A DNA stretch of 64,000 nucleotides from Thecamonas trahens ATCC 50062. Its lineage: Eukaryota; Protista; Apusomonadida. Location: assembly GCF_000142905.1 (NCBI RefSeq), contig NW_013657618.1:1-64000 (forward strand). The letters are read 5' to 3'. The position numbers and the translations under genes are program-made. Every line of letters starts with the position of its first letter. Position 1 is the first letter of the stretch. Shown here piece by piece: positions 50,501 to 60,438 of this stretch. A model generated the notes under the pieces. That model worked only from the letters and a program-made list of their open reading frames with translations. It ran no database searches and was not told the DNA's origin.

Positions 50501-51863
50501 GTCCGGATACACCATGCCGGTGCTCGATGAGACACTTGGCGGCGGATCTGACGTGCTCGGCGCAGCCGGAAAGGAGGAAAACGGAGTGACGATCATCAAG
50601 TTTGTGCGGGCGCTGGAGGCGACAAGCGCCGGTGACAAGACCATCTCTCGCGGAGCCAACACCTTTGCCTGGGCCTACGGCAGCAGCGATGTCTTTGCCA
50701 AACACGAGCCCGGGGCCAACGGCGCGGCGGCGGTGGATCTGGCGACGGGCATGGTGACGATTATCGACGAAAGCGGGCGCAAGACGGCGCATGGCGTGCT
50801 GATGTTCGTGGCGTGGGGCGTGATGGCCTCGTCGGCCGCCCTGCTCGCTCGCTATGGCAAGGCCTTTGCCTGGTGGTTCCCCATCCATATCGCCGCCAAC
50901 GTCATCGCCGTCCTCCTCACTCTTGTCGGCTTCTTCCTCGCCGTCGCTTTTACCAAGAACGACTTTGACTATGCGCGCAAGTCGCGCGTAGCCTTTCTCC
51001 ACGCCATCTGCGGCCTTACCGTCTTCATTGCCATGTGGTGGCAGGCCGGCCTCGGCATCCTCGCCGATCGCCTCTTCGACAAGCTCCGCCTCCGTCCGCC
51101 GATCTTCCCCGACGTTGTCCACTGGTGGACCGGGCGATGCACCATTGGCCTTGCCCTCTTCACCGTCCTGCTTGGCCTGGCCGTTTTTGAGGCCTCCGCC
51201 GCTGTCATCATCGTCTACCTTGTCTACCTCTTGGCCCTGGTTGTCATCGCCTTTACCCTCGATGCCGCCTTTGGCCGCAACAGCCGCAGTGATCACCTCC
51301 CGCGCCCGGCCGTCGACGCAGAAACCTACACCGCTGGCAACAAGGTGGAGCCTTCGGACGAGCCCAATAGCAGCGGCTCGCTCCGCGGCTCCAAGGCTGT
51401 TGCATCGCCGTCGATCGAGCTCCAGCCCATCGAGTCGGACGAGATCCTGCCTGCCCGTCCGCCTGCCCCCATCGCCTCTGCCCATCCATCGACGCCAGGC
51501 CACGTCCCTGTCCCGCCCACTCACAAGCGCCGATCGCGGCGGCGGCGGCGGCACCGGGCTCCTCCTACTGATGCTGATGGCACAGAAGTAGCGCCAATGC
51601 CAGCGCGACAAGGGTCCAAGCCTGAGCCCCAGCCCGAGCCCGAGTCGAGGCTGGGCGACGACAGTGGCAGCGCCGACATGTACTCGTACTCGGCGTCGGA
51701 CGCATCGTCGTCAACAGGCATCGACGACGTCGGTGCTGCAGACAGCAGACCAGCTGAAACAGCCGATGTGGCTGGCGGTGAGGTTGGAGGCAGCGGTGAT
51801 GGTGTAGACGGAGGACGTCAAGACCCAGGGCGACAACATCGCATGTTGGACAACGAGAGATGA
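44589..51863 (+). CDS. ~2,420-aa protein: signal peptide, 11 DM13 domains, DOMON, cupredoxin-like domain, DOMON, EGF-like, DOMON, cytochrome b561; in-frame TAA at 47982-47984
   Basis: 11 repeats of H-x2-G...DC...YDGxAP...(W)C-x4-6-(M)D(L/M)GS. DOMON WxGxG...M..(A/S)D...KH occurs three times. HPLYI...YYQCWSHLRLG. b561 His set AHG/IHI/LHA/VHW. ORFs 44169-47984 and 48069-51863 share one frame, and the intervening codons continue repeat 10. Confidence 0.9.
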
Positions 51864-52171
51864 AAAAAGAAGATCAGTCGTCGGCGCAGGTGTAATAGCG
51901 CGTGCATGGAGGCGACGTGAAAACAAGCGGGATGACGGAGAGATGACGAGGATCAGATTGAACACATGCGCGTGTTGCAGGTGGTGACTAACCATCCGCG
52001 ATGTAGAGCAGATTGTCTACCAGCAGCGACCGGCGGCAAAACACAGACACGTGTAGGACGCAAGGTGGCGGTGTTAAATTTTTATATTCGGTCGGCGATG
52101 GCGACGGCGACAGCGTCGAGCGGCGACACTGCACTCTCCTGCCAGCTCGCGCACAGCAAGCAGCCAACGCG

Positions 52172-54001
52172 ATGAAGGCAGCAGTGCATACAGCGCAGGC
52201 GGTGGCGGTGGTGGTGGTGATGGCGGTGGCGATGGCGGTGATGGTCGTGGCTGTGGCGGGAGGAGCGGCTGGAGGCGGGGGGAGGGTGAGGCGCGGCTCC
52301 GACGGCGAGGGGGACGGCACGGTCGACGCGGCGTGGGGCAACAGCGGAGCGCGGCGATGGGACGGGCTGGCAACGCTGCGCAAGGCGGTTCTGGTGCGGC
52401 CGATGGGCTCGGTCGACGCGGCGGCCGAGGCGGGGCGGGCAGGCGGAGCAGGGGCCGGCGAGGCCGACAACGGGTGCGTGGCGGCGGACGGGGCGGTCCT
52501 CGGTGGCGAGGAGTGCGTGCTGCTACAGGTGGCACGGAGCGGGACGCCAAAGGTGGTGCGCGGCGTGGCGGCGGTGGCGAGGTGGCGGGCTGTCGCCGCC
52601 TGGGAGCCGGCGTACCTGGCGAGTCATGTCGCCGCCCGCCGCCTGCCGGCCGTCCGCATGGCCCGCGGCCCGGTCATGCGCTACTACAACGCACTGCGGG
52701 ACGGGGCGTCCTTCCAGGACATGCCGGCCGTTGCTGCCGCCCATGCTGCCTCTGCGTACCGTGTGGATGACGTGCCCAAGGATGCCTTCTTTGCCTCGCT
52801 GCGCATGGGCGGCGGCGAGGGGAGCGACGGCGGCGAGGGGAGCGACGGTGGCGAGCCGGAAGAGCCGCGCATCGACGACTCGGGCACGTGGGCGTACTAC
52901 GGCAACTCGCTGCAGGCGCTCGGTCCTGTGCTGATGGGCGATGTCGAGCCCGTGGATCAGTTTGTGGTCCGCAACGCGACGTACGATCCGGCGACGGCGC
53001 ACGGCTTCCGCAAGACACAGATGTGGATCGGCCGCAACGGAACGGTCACGCCGTTGCACTACGACTCGTCGTACAACTTTCACGTTGTTGTCGCCGGCCG
53101 CAAGACCGCAGTCGTCTTCCCACCCTCGGCCTGGTCCGCCCTTGGCCTCTTCCCGCATCTCCATCCGCGGGCCAAGCAGGCCCGAACCGAGCTGTACTAC
53201 CCGGGCGCCGGGCGCGTTGCGCCGTCTGCCGCTGAGCGGCGGGCGCTTGGCGGAGTCATGGGCTTTGAGGCCGAGCTGGAGGCCGGCGACGTGCTGGCCA
53301 TTCCGCCGTTCTGGGGCCACGCGTTCATCACCACCTCGCCAGTGGCCATCTCGGTCAACGTGTGGACTAACTACCTCGACATCCACCTGCTTCCGCAGAT
53401 CATGGCCGTGCCCATTCCCATGATCAGGGCCGATCCGGCGTCTCCGGCGGCAGTCCTCTCGATGCGGCTCTTCATCCGCGTACTTGTTGCCATTGCCCAC
53501 GACGGTAACGGTGACGACACCTTTTTCCGCTCGCTGTACGACCAGCGCTACGCCCCGGTCGCGCACGAGTTGTCGTGGGCGGCCAACGTGGCCGCTAATG
53601 CGAGCAGCAGCATCAGCGATGCTGCCATCAACGGCCAAGCAGCTGCCGCGTCTGATGGCACCCGCCCACCTCGCACCACTCGCACTTTCTGCGAAGAGGC
53701 GCTCTCCGCCATGCCGCCTGCCACCTGCCGCGCCAGCTGGCTCCGCGAAGGCGACGACGCCGCCGCGGTATGCGACGGGCCCGACTTGGCCGCCGACGAG
53801 CTCTTTGCCACGCTCCGCCATCCGTTCATTGAGACTGCGTCCACAATCAAGAGCCTCATCGACGACGCCGTCCCCGGCGGCGTCCGCTCGTCCTCGGGCC
53901 TTATTGTGCTCGGCAACGTGGTCGAGACGCTTGCCCTCACCGCTGTTGACGGCGACGTCTACGATGTCGCGCCGTTTCTCCATGATCTGGCGTACTGCTA
54001 G
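52172..54001 (+). CDS. JmjC (cupin-8, FIH/JMJD5-8-like) Fe(II)/2-oxoglutarate oxygenase with N-terminal signal or anchor
   Basis: MWIGRNGTVTPLHYDSSYNF...GRK...LEAGDVLAIPPFWGH gives the HxD...H triad; hydrophobic leader AVAVVVVMAVAMAVMVVAVAG. Confidence 0.9.
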   Translation: MKAAVHTAQAVAVVVVMAVAMAVMVVAVAGGAAGGGGRVRRGSDGEGDGTVDAAWGNSGARRWDGLATLRKAVLVRPMGSVDAAAEAGRAGGAGAGEADNGCVAADGAVLGGEECVLLQVARSGTPKVVRGVAAVARWRAVAAWEPAYLASHVAARRLPAVRMARGPVMRYYNALRDGASFQDMPAVAAAHAASAYRVDDVPKDAFFASLRMGGGEGSDGGEGSDGGEPEEPRIDDSGTWAYYGNSLQALGPVLMGDVEPVDQFVVRNATYDPATAHGFRKTQMWIGRNGTVTPLHYDSSYNFHVVVAGRKTAVVFPPSAWSALGLFPHLHPRAKQARTELYYPGAGRVAPSAAERRALGGVMGFEAELEAGDVLAIPPFWGHAFITTSPVAISVNVWTNYLDIHLLPQIMAVPIPMIRADPASPAAVLSMRLFIRVLVAIAHDGNGDDTFFRSLYDQRYAPVAHELSWAANVAANASSSISDAAINGQAAAASDGTRPPRTTRTFCEEALSAMPPATCRASWLREGDDAAAVCDGPDLAADELFATLRHPFIETASTIKSLIDDAVPGGVRSSSGLIVLGNVVETLALTAVDGDVYDVAPFLHDLAYC

Positions 54002-54035
54002 TGTGGAAAGCATTTAATGGCGAGTGGAGCGCGGA

Positions 54036-56396
54036 TCACTCGCGGAGGTTCTTGCGCCGCTTTCTGCTTCCGGAGGTGATGCTCGAAGTGGGCGCGTCGA
54101 ACTCGTTGTCGAACTCGTCATCGAGCTCGTCGTCGACCCAAACCCGGCGCTGGGCCATGTGCCACAGCCTGTTGAGCGCGACAGCAATCGAGTCGCTGTC
54201 GTTGGCATTGTCGTAGCCAAAGTACCGACCGAGGTTGGTGAGCCAGCGGACGCCAAGGGCAAGCCGGCGATCACGCGGGACCGCGGCCCAGATGGCGTGG
54301 TAGACGGTCTGGAGTGTGGCATCGGGGTGCGTGACACTTTGCAGGTGTGCGGTCCAGGAGTACGGCAAATTGTTGCGCGCGTCGAGAATGTCCGTGAGCC
54401 TGACGTTGCCTGCGAGTGCGGTCTTTGCGCCGCGATCGCAGGCCGAGATGGCGGCCATATGGGCCAAGACTTCGCCGCGGTGCGCGGTCATCATAAACTC
54501 GCACATGAGCTCGCCGTAATCCGAGTCGGTGACCGGCTCATCGAGGCGATCGCGTTCGAGCTCCTGGGCGGTGAGCATGATGAAGATGTACGGGTACGGG
54601 ATGCGGAAGGCCCAGAACGGGAGGTACGGCCCGCGCTTCTTCGGGAAGAAGTTGCCGAGGCCGTTGTAGTTGGCACAGTCGAGGCCAAAGGTGAAGACAG
54701 CCATGGGCAGGCAGCGATCAAAGACGCCGTGGACTCTAAAGTCGATGTCAGTGACGAGGTACCTCCGTAGATGGTTAAGCAGGATCGACCGGCACATGTC
54801 GACCACAAACAGGAGGTCAAGCCACCGAGTGTGGCAGGCAAAGGCCGACTTGAGCGACGACTGCGAAATGTCCACGGGAGCGATGAGGATGCCACTTTTG
54901 ACAACGTCCATGAGGGTGACCGGCGGGATCTGGGCCGGACGGCGGCCGTCGCGGTACCGCTTGGTCCAGTCTGTGGAGATGCTGGCCGTCGGCGACTCCT
55001 GGGTCCCGTAGAAGACCATCATGATGACCATCATCCGGCGCGTGAGGTACGCCTGGGCAATGAGGGGATCAGAGCTCGAGGCGGGAGCCGGGTACTCGTC
55101 GCTCCACTTGAGGCCGAGCTGGGCAATCATCGAAGTGGTGGCCCAGGCGGCGATGGCCTGGGCGTGGTGGAGCACGTTGACAGGATCGACATTGTACAGC
55201 CGGACCTCGGACGGCGGAAGGAGCTGGCGGATGTTGGTCTGGTACGCGTTGACCCGCTTCACAAAGTCCCTGTTCAAGAAATGCGTCCACAGCGGAGTGG
55301 TGCCGGGCGGCGGGTTCATCTCGTTGGGCAGTGGCCACCGGAACTTTCGCGGATCGGGATCGAAGAACTCCTCGCGAATGCGCAGCCGGGTGGTCGCCTC
55401 CTCGAGGACCTGCAGCTGCTCCAAGTCCGCATGCATGTCCAAGGCATCGTCTGCCGCCTGCGGAGGAGTAGCCGGCAACACAGAGGCTCCGGCGATCTCG
55501 TCCAAGCTGAGAGGTGGCGGCGGGGGGTCAAACGTAAAGCTGATCCGAGCACCATCATCCACGGCCTTGCGCAAGTAGAAGCTCCCGTTGGTACGACCAT
55601 GGTCAAGGTTCGGCCGTGTGGGTGTGTTGTGAAGGACAAACACGCCGTTTCCGATCTCTGGGTCGCTGGCGGCGGCGCGGATGAGCTCGATCCATGCCGT
55701 CTCGCGAGAATCGGGCATGGCGGTGACCGCGGCCTGTACCACTGCACCAAACTTGGCGAGCAGGCGGGGAATGAGCGCCGAGTCAGCGGCGAGAACCTCG
55801 GGCGGAATGATGCCTTGGAGCATGACGACAGGATCAGCGCCCGGGTCGTTTTCGAGCTTGCAGGCGAGGTCACCGACCCAGCCGCCCCACACCGCGGCAG
55901 TCTGCGTGCCGCCGTTGTACTCTACGACTGGGTGGCCGTCGCCGTAGACCGCCAGATGCAAACCGCAGATCTTCTTGGCGGCTGACCTGTCTCCGCCGAC
56001 GGTCACTTTTTGCTTGGAGAGGCCGAGGCGGGTGCAGCCGGGGTAGCGGCAGCGGTGCTTGACGCACACGCCGCAGGCCGGCGTGGTGCAGTTTGGCTTG
56101 AAGCAGACGCCGCAGAACTGGGACTGGCCCTGCCGCGGCTCGGCGCAGCCAACGCACTTGTGCGCAGTGCAGAAGGCCGATGCGGGCATGACTGGACTGT
56201 CGCAGGCGTAGGCTATGCTCCACGGATGGGCGTTGTGGGCACACAGCCCACTGCTCGTGTGCCGAGCCACCGCCACATCGGCCGCTCCCAGGTCAAAGGT
56301 CGGGTCGAGGTCGTTGCCCACAAAGGGCATCTCTGAAGGAATTACCATGGCCATGGGTCGGACAGCGACCGGGATGGGGTTGACGTTACGGTCCAT
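54036..56396 (-). CDS. 786-aa protein of unknown function with N-terminal Cys/His-rich zinc-finger-like repeats and a C-terminal NLS-like motif
   Basis: Long uninterrupted ORF with protein-like composition; FCTAHKCVGC...FCGVC...CVKHRCRYPGC...ICGLH; ends SRKRRKNLRE. Confidence 0.7.
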   Translation of the reverse strand: MDRNVNPIPVAVRPMAMVIPSEMPFVGNDLDPTFDLGAADVAVARHTSSGLCAHNAHPWSIAYACDSPVMPASAFCTAHKCVGCAEPRQGQSQFCGVCFKPNCTTPACGVCVKHRCRYPGCTRLGLSKQKVTVGGDRSAAKKICGLHLAVYGDGHPVVEYNGGTQTAAVWGGWVGDLACKLENDPGADPVVMLQGIIPPEVLAADSALIPRLLAKFGAVVQAAVTAMPDSRETAWIELIRAAASDPEIGNGVFVLHNTPTRPNLDHGRTNGSFYLRKAVDDGARISFTFDPPPPPLSLDEIAGASVLPATPPQAADDALDMHADLEQLQVLEEATTRLRIREEFFDPDPRKFRWPLPNEMNPPPGTTPLWTHFLNRDFVKRVNAYQTNIRQLLPPSEVRLYNVDPVNVLHHAQAIAAWATTSMIAQLGLKWSDEYPAPASSSDPLIAQAYLTRRMMVIMMVFYGTQESPTASISTDWTKRYRDGRRPAQIPPVTLMDVVKSGILIAPVDISQSSLKSAFACHTRWLDLLFVVDMCRSILLNHLRRYLVTDIDFRVHGVFDRCLPMAVFTFGLDCANYNGLGNFFPKKRGPYLPFWAFRIPYPYIFIMLTAQELERDRLDEPVTDSDYGELMCEFMMTAHRGEVLAHMAAISACDRGAKTALAGNVRLTDILDARNNLPYSWTAHLQSVTHPDATLQTVYHAIWAAVPRDRRLALGVRWLTNLGRYFGYDNANDSDSIAVALNRLWHMAQRRVWVDDELDDEFDNEFDAPTSSITSGSRKRRKNLRE

Positions 56397-56869
56397 AGAT
56401 GGCGGCGGTGTGAAGGTGTGAGTGCAGTGGTGCGCGTCCTCCGCCTGTGCGACTTGACCGCGGCGTGTTCCTTTTTGTGAAGAAAAGTGTGACGTTTACT
56501 GCAAACGTAGTACGGCGACAAGAATGGATGTGACGCCGTCTGACAGGCAGCTCTACTCGCGTGGGCGTGATGAGAGCGGCTTCTTGCTGCATGGCGGGAT
56601 CGCCACTGTCTCTCTTGCTGCAGCGCCAAGTTGACGACTGCAGAGTTGAGCGCGTGCAACGTGTCAGAGGGTTCGGTGAACGCGAGCGGACGAAACAGTT
56701 TTCCCCGGCATTTCTCAAGATATAGGCCTCGTAGAGACTAGCCAACCATGCCAACAGATAGTTTGCATTGTACGCCACAGATGCTTATGCTGTACAAGCG
56801 AACGACGCCCTCATCTGCGCCGTGTCCGCTGATTCTCGGCCTGGGGCTGTTTCATAACAACTCACGATC

Positions 56870-57030
56870 TAAACTATATACTCATATGATTATATGGACA
56901 AAATAATATAAAAACAAAAGAAAGTACCAAAGTATCAAAATTTAAGTTTGAATTTAATAATATTACTATAAACCATTAAATATATTCAAATAATATATAT
57001 GTATAGTTTAAAAACCGTATTTTTGCCTTG
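56870..57030. other. Sharp AT-rich island
   Basis: About 160 bp with very few G/C bases in an otherwise GC-rich window. Confidence 0.85.
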
Positions 57031-57532
57031 AGGTTTCAGCTACACTCGAGCCCTTGCCGTACTTATCTTCCACGCTTGCACTCCCCGCGCAACGTCTACG
57101 CACATGAAGCCACATGAACACGCCTGCTGCCTCAATATCTAGCAAGCTCGCTCACTTGCCGCCGTTGTTTAATGCTCGCAGCGCCACACGGGCCGTGTGT
57201 GGCACCGCCCTGTCTTTGGCTCTCGGGGAGCCTCGCCTGACAACATGTCGCCACACGGGCAGCTCGACCATCGACGCATGCTCGAGCCGAGCGCAGGGCT
57301 ACTTATCAGAGGCGAACGGGCAGGCGGATGTGATCCTGCGTTTCACAACTCGCCGGCGCTGCGATTGACTGCCTGCTCCAAGCCGACAGGCGTTGCGACC
57401 CCGGTGTGGCCAGCAGCGAGGCAGCGACCGCCGCGGCCGCCAACGGCACACCGATGCCGTGGCTCTCCTCAGCATTTGCACGGCGTCGCATCTGTCAACC
57501 ACACTCGGGCGCCGCACAGTGCCGCGTGGCCA

Positions 57533-57871
57533 CTAGCCGGGCTTGGACCGCCCAGCTCTATCCTCAGCCGCTGCCGCCGCCCCTTGCGTGGGCGGCGGAT
57601 CGGGAAACCAGCGCGGATTCCCGGCGCGCAGCAGCTGGCCAGCGAGCCGCCCTTCATCGGCATCCAGCAGCCGCAACAGCGCGCGTCCCGCAGCCATCCG
57701 CTCCTCGACTGCGGCCGAGCCGGGCGGTCCAACTGCGGCCGCGAGCTCAAAGGCCTCGCGCACATTAGCGCCGTGCTTGGCGGCGAGAACCGGGTGCGGC
57801 AACCGTGCCACCGCCCTGCGCAGCGCCCGGTACAGCCCCAACGCGCCGCCGTGCCACACTCTGCCCGCCAT
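57533..57871 (-). CDS. LYR-motif (Complex1_LYR-like) small mitochondrial protein
   Basis: ALGLYRALRRAVARLP...ANVREAF matches the LYR...R..F pattern; 112 aa. Confidence 0.7.
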   Translation of the reverse strand: MAGRVWHGGALGLYRALRRAVARLPHPVLAAKHGANVREAFELAAAVGPPGSAAVEERMAAGRALLRLLDADEGRLAGQLLRAGNPRWFPDPPPTQGAAAAAEDRAGRSKPG

Positions 57872-58107
57872 CTCTGCCCGTTCCCCCCTTGCCGTCTGCC
57901 GCGTCGAATAGCCAAGGGCGGTGTCCCCCTCCCTCGTCCGACTTCCCGCCTTCCGCCCGCGCCCGCCTTCCGCCCGCGCCCGCCTTCCGCTGGCACTGGC
58001 ACTGGCACCTGGCTGCGACAGCGACCACTCCACCCCCCTCCAGACGCCACCCCCTCCACCCCTACCCCACCCCACCCCCACCCCCACCACTCACCCCACC
58101 CTCCACC

Positions 58108-60249
58108 ATGCGCGCCTCCTCCTCCTCCTCGTCGGGGCGGACCGAGGCGTACCGCCCACCCCTCCCACCCACTGCGCGCCTCCTCCCTCCCTCCCTCCGT
58201 CGGGGCGGGACCGACGGCGTACCGCCACTCCGTACCGCCCCCGCCCCCCCCCCCCCCCCCCCCCCTCCCTCTCTCTCTCTCCCTCCCCCCCCCTCTCCTT
58301 CCCCACTCACCCCCCTCACAGCCGAGTTCAAGGCCCACGAAGCACCGGTCAACGCGCTAGCGCTGGGGACAAAGTCCGGGCGGGTGTATGCGTCGGGCGG
58401 CGACGACAACGTGGTCAACGTGTGGGCGGTCGGCTCATCGCAGAGCATCATGACGTTGCGCGGGCACTCGTCGCCGGTCGAGGCTGTGGCGTTTGACGCC
58501 AACGAGGAGGTGGTGGTGGCCGGCGCACTGTCCGGGACGCTCAAGCTGTGGGACTTGGAGAGCCAGCGGCTGGCGCGGACACTAGTGGGGCACAAGGCCA
58601 ACTGCAAGGCCGTGGCCTTTCACCCGTACGGCGACATCTTTGCCTCGGGCTCGCAGGACACGAACGTCAAGATCTGGGACGTGCGACGAAAGAACTGTAT
58701 CCAAACATACAAGGATCATTCGCAGATGGTGGGCGTGGTCAAGTTCTCGCCCGACGGGCGCTGGGTCATCTCCGGTTCGGCCGACGCCACCATCAAGGTC
58801 TGGGACCTGACCGCCGGCAAGCTCTTCCATGAGTTTGCCGCCCACTCGGGCGCCATCACCAGCCTCGACTTTCACCCGAAGGAGTTTGTCCTCGCCTCGG
58901 GCTCGGCTGACCGGACCGTCAAGTTCTGGGACCTGGACGCCATGACGCTCGAGTCGTCGTCGGCGCCCGAGGCCACCGCCGTCCGCTGCATCAAGTTCCA
59001 CCCGTCGGGCGAGGCCCTGCTCTCGGCCTCGCACGACTCGCTCAAGGTCATCGACTTTGAGCTGCTCGAGGCCGACGGCTCGGCCTCGGTCCTCGACGTC
59101 GTCTGGGTCGCCTGGCCCAAGCTGGCCGACTTTGGCCTCACCGCCGCCACCCAGCTTGTCGGCTATCACTTCCACCACAAGGTCATCGGCGGCTGGCTCA
59201 TCAACCTCGACAACCTCCGTCCCTTCCGCGACATTCCCGAGCTGCTAGCAAGCGCCGCAGAGCCGGTGGCCAAGGGCAAGGGCAAGGGCAAGGGCAAAGG
59301 AAAGGCCAAATCCAAGGACAAGGCCAAGGCCAAAGCCACAGCAAGGGCACATGCACTGGCACATGCATCCGCGCCCACACCCGCGACCGCCCCGCTTGAC
59401 GTCTCTACGCTGTATCCTGCAGCGGCCGAGGCGGGCGCAGGCGCAGGCGCAGGCGCGGGCGCTGCCTCGAGCGGAGGCGGTCCACGGCGGGTGCCGCGGT
59501 CGCCGCGAGCGGCGCGGCAGGCGCGGGTGCCTTCTGCTCATCTCTCGTCGCCGAGTGCCGGCTTTCCGGCTCCAGCCGGTCCGGGTGCAACTCTGAGTGC
59601 AGCCAGCGCGCACGCATCGCCGGGTGGCGGCATCCCGTCATCGTTTTCGGCGCCGCTCGGGCTTGATCCTGCGGCCTTTGTGCACGCGCCGAGCGGGGTG
59701 CGAGCCGGACGTGGCGCTGGTGCTGGCACTGCGCTTGGCCCGCTACTGGAGAGCGGGCCGCCAATGCAGGCGGTGCTCTCGTCGCGGCTCCACTCGCTCA
59801 AGCTCGTGCGGGCGCTGCTTGCCGACGGGCGCGCGACGGCAGCGGTGGAAAAGCTGGTCGCTCTCAACGATGCCGCCGTCCTTGTCGACGTCCTTGCCAC
59901 GCTCAACGGCAAGCCCAACTTTTACTCGCTCTCACACTGTGTGGCACTGCTGCCGCCGCTCAACGAGCTCCTTGCCTCGGCGCTCGACCGCCACGTCGCC
60001 GTCGCACTCCAGACCATCCACATCCTCATCGAGTCGTTTGGCCCGCTCCTCGTCACCCACACTCAGTCGCCAGTCGACGACATCGGCGTTGACATCTCCA
60101 AGGACGAGCGCCGCCAAAAGTGCGCCTACTGCCTCTCGGCCTTTGCCACCATGGTGCCCACCGTCGCCGCCCTCACCGCCCGCGACGGCGACATAGCTGC
60201 ACGCGCCCACACCCTCCTCCTCTCGTTCGACGAGTACATTCCGCAGTAG
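58108..60249 (+). CDS. KATNB1: Katanin p80 WD40 subunit B1; probable in-frame intron 58232-58321
   Basis: EFKAH..VNALALG.KSGR..ASGGDD, RTLVGHKANC...FHPYG..FASGSQDTNVKIWDVRRK; C-terminal con80 domain VLSSRL..L...GVDISKDERRQKC. Confidence 0.93.
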   Translation: MRASSSSSSGRTEAYRPPLPPTARLLPPSLRRGGTDGVPPLRTAPAPPPPPPPPSLSLPPPPSPSPLTPLTAEFKAHEAPVNALALGTKSGRVYASGGDDNVVNVWAVGSSQSIMTLRGHSSPVEAVAFDANEEVVVAGALSGTLKLWDLESQRLARTLVGHKANCKAVAFHPYGDIFASGSQDTNVKIWDVRRKNCIQTYKDHSQMVGVVKFSPDGRWVISGSADATIKVWDLTAGKLFHEFAAHSGAITSLDFHPKEFVLASGSADRTVKFWDLDAMTLESSSAPEATAVRCIKFHPSGEALLSASHDSLKVIDFELLEADGSASVLDVVWVAWPKLADFGLTAATQLVGYHFHHKVIGGWLINLDNLRPFRDIPELLASAAEPVAKGKGKGKGKGKAKSKDKAKAKATARAHALAHASAPTPATAPLDVSTLYPAAAEAGAGAGAGAGAASSGGGPRRVPRSPRAARQARVPSAHLSSPSAGFPAPAGPGATLSAASAHASPGGGIPSSFSAPLGLDPAAFVHAPSGVRAGRGAGAGTALGPLLESGPPMQAVLSSRLHSLKLVRALLADGRATAAVEKLVALNDAAVLVDVLATLNGKPNFYSLSHCVALLPPLNELLASALDRHVAVALQTIHILIESFGPLLVTHTQSPVDDIGVDISKDERRQKCAYCLSAFATMVPTVAALTARDGDIAARAHTLLLSFDEYIPQ

Positions 60250-60438
60250 TCCCCCCCCCCCCCCCTCGTTCGATCCATCGCCCCTCCCTCCCGCCCTCCC
60301 CTCCCTCTCCCCCCGCCGTTTTGGCTGATGTGTGTGCCACGTCGCCCCACGAGTGACATGCTCTCCCCCCCTTCGCCTCCCCCGCTACGTTCCGCACCCC
60401 TCTCACAACCCTCCCACCCCTACCCCCCTCACCCCGCC

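Noticed and set aside
58128-58240. Imperfect local duplication around the katanin first exon
   Set aside because: Adjacent to long C-runs and probably low-quality consensus; the exon boundary is therefore uncertain.
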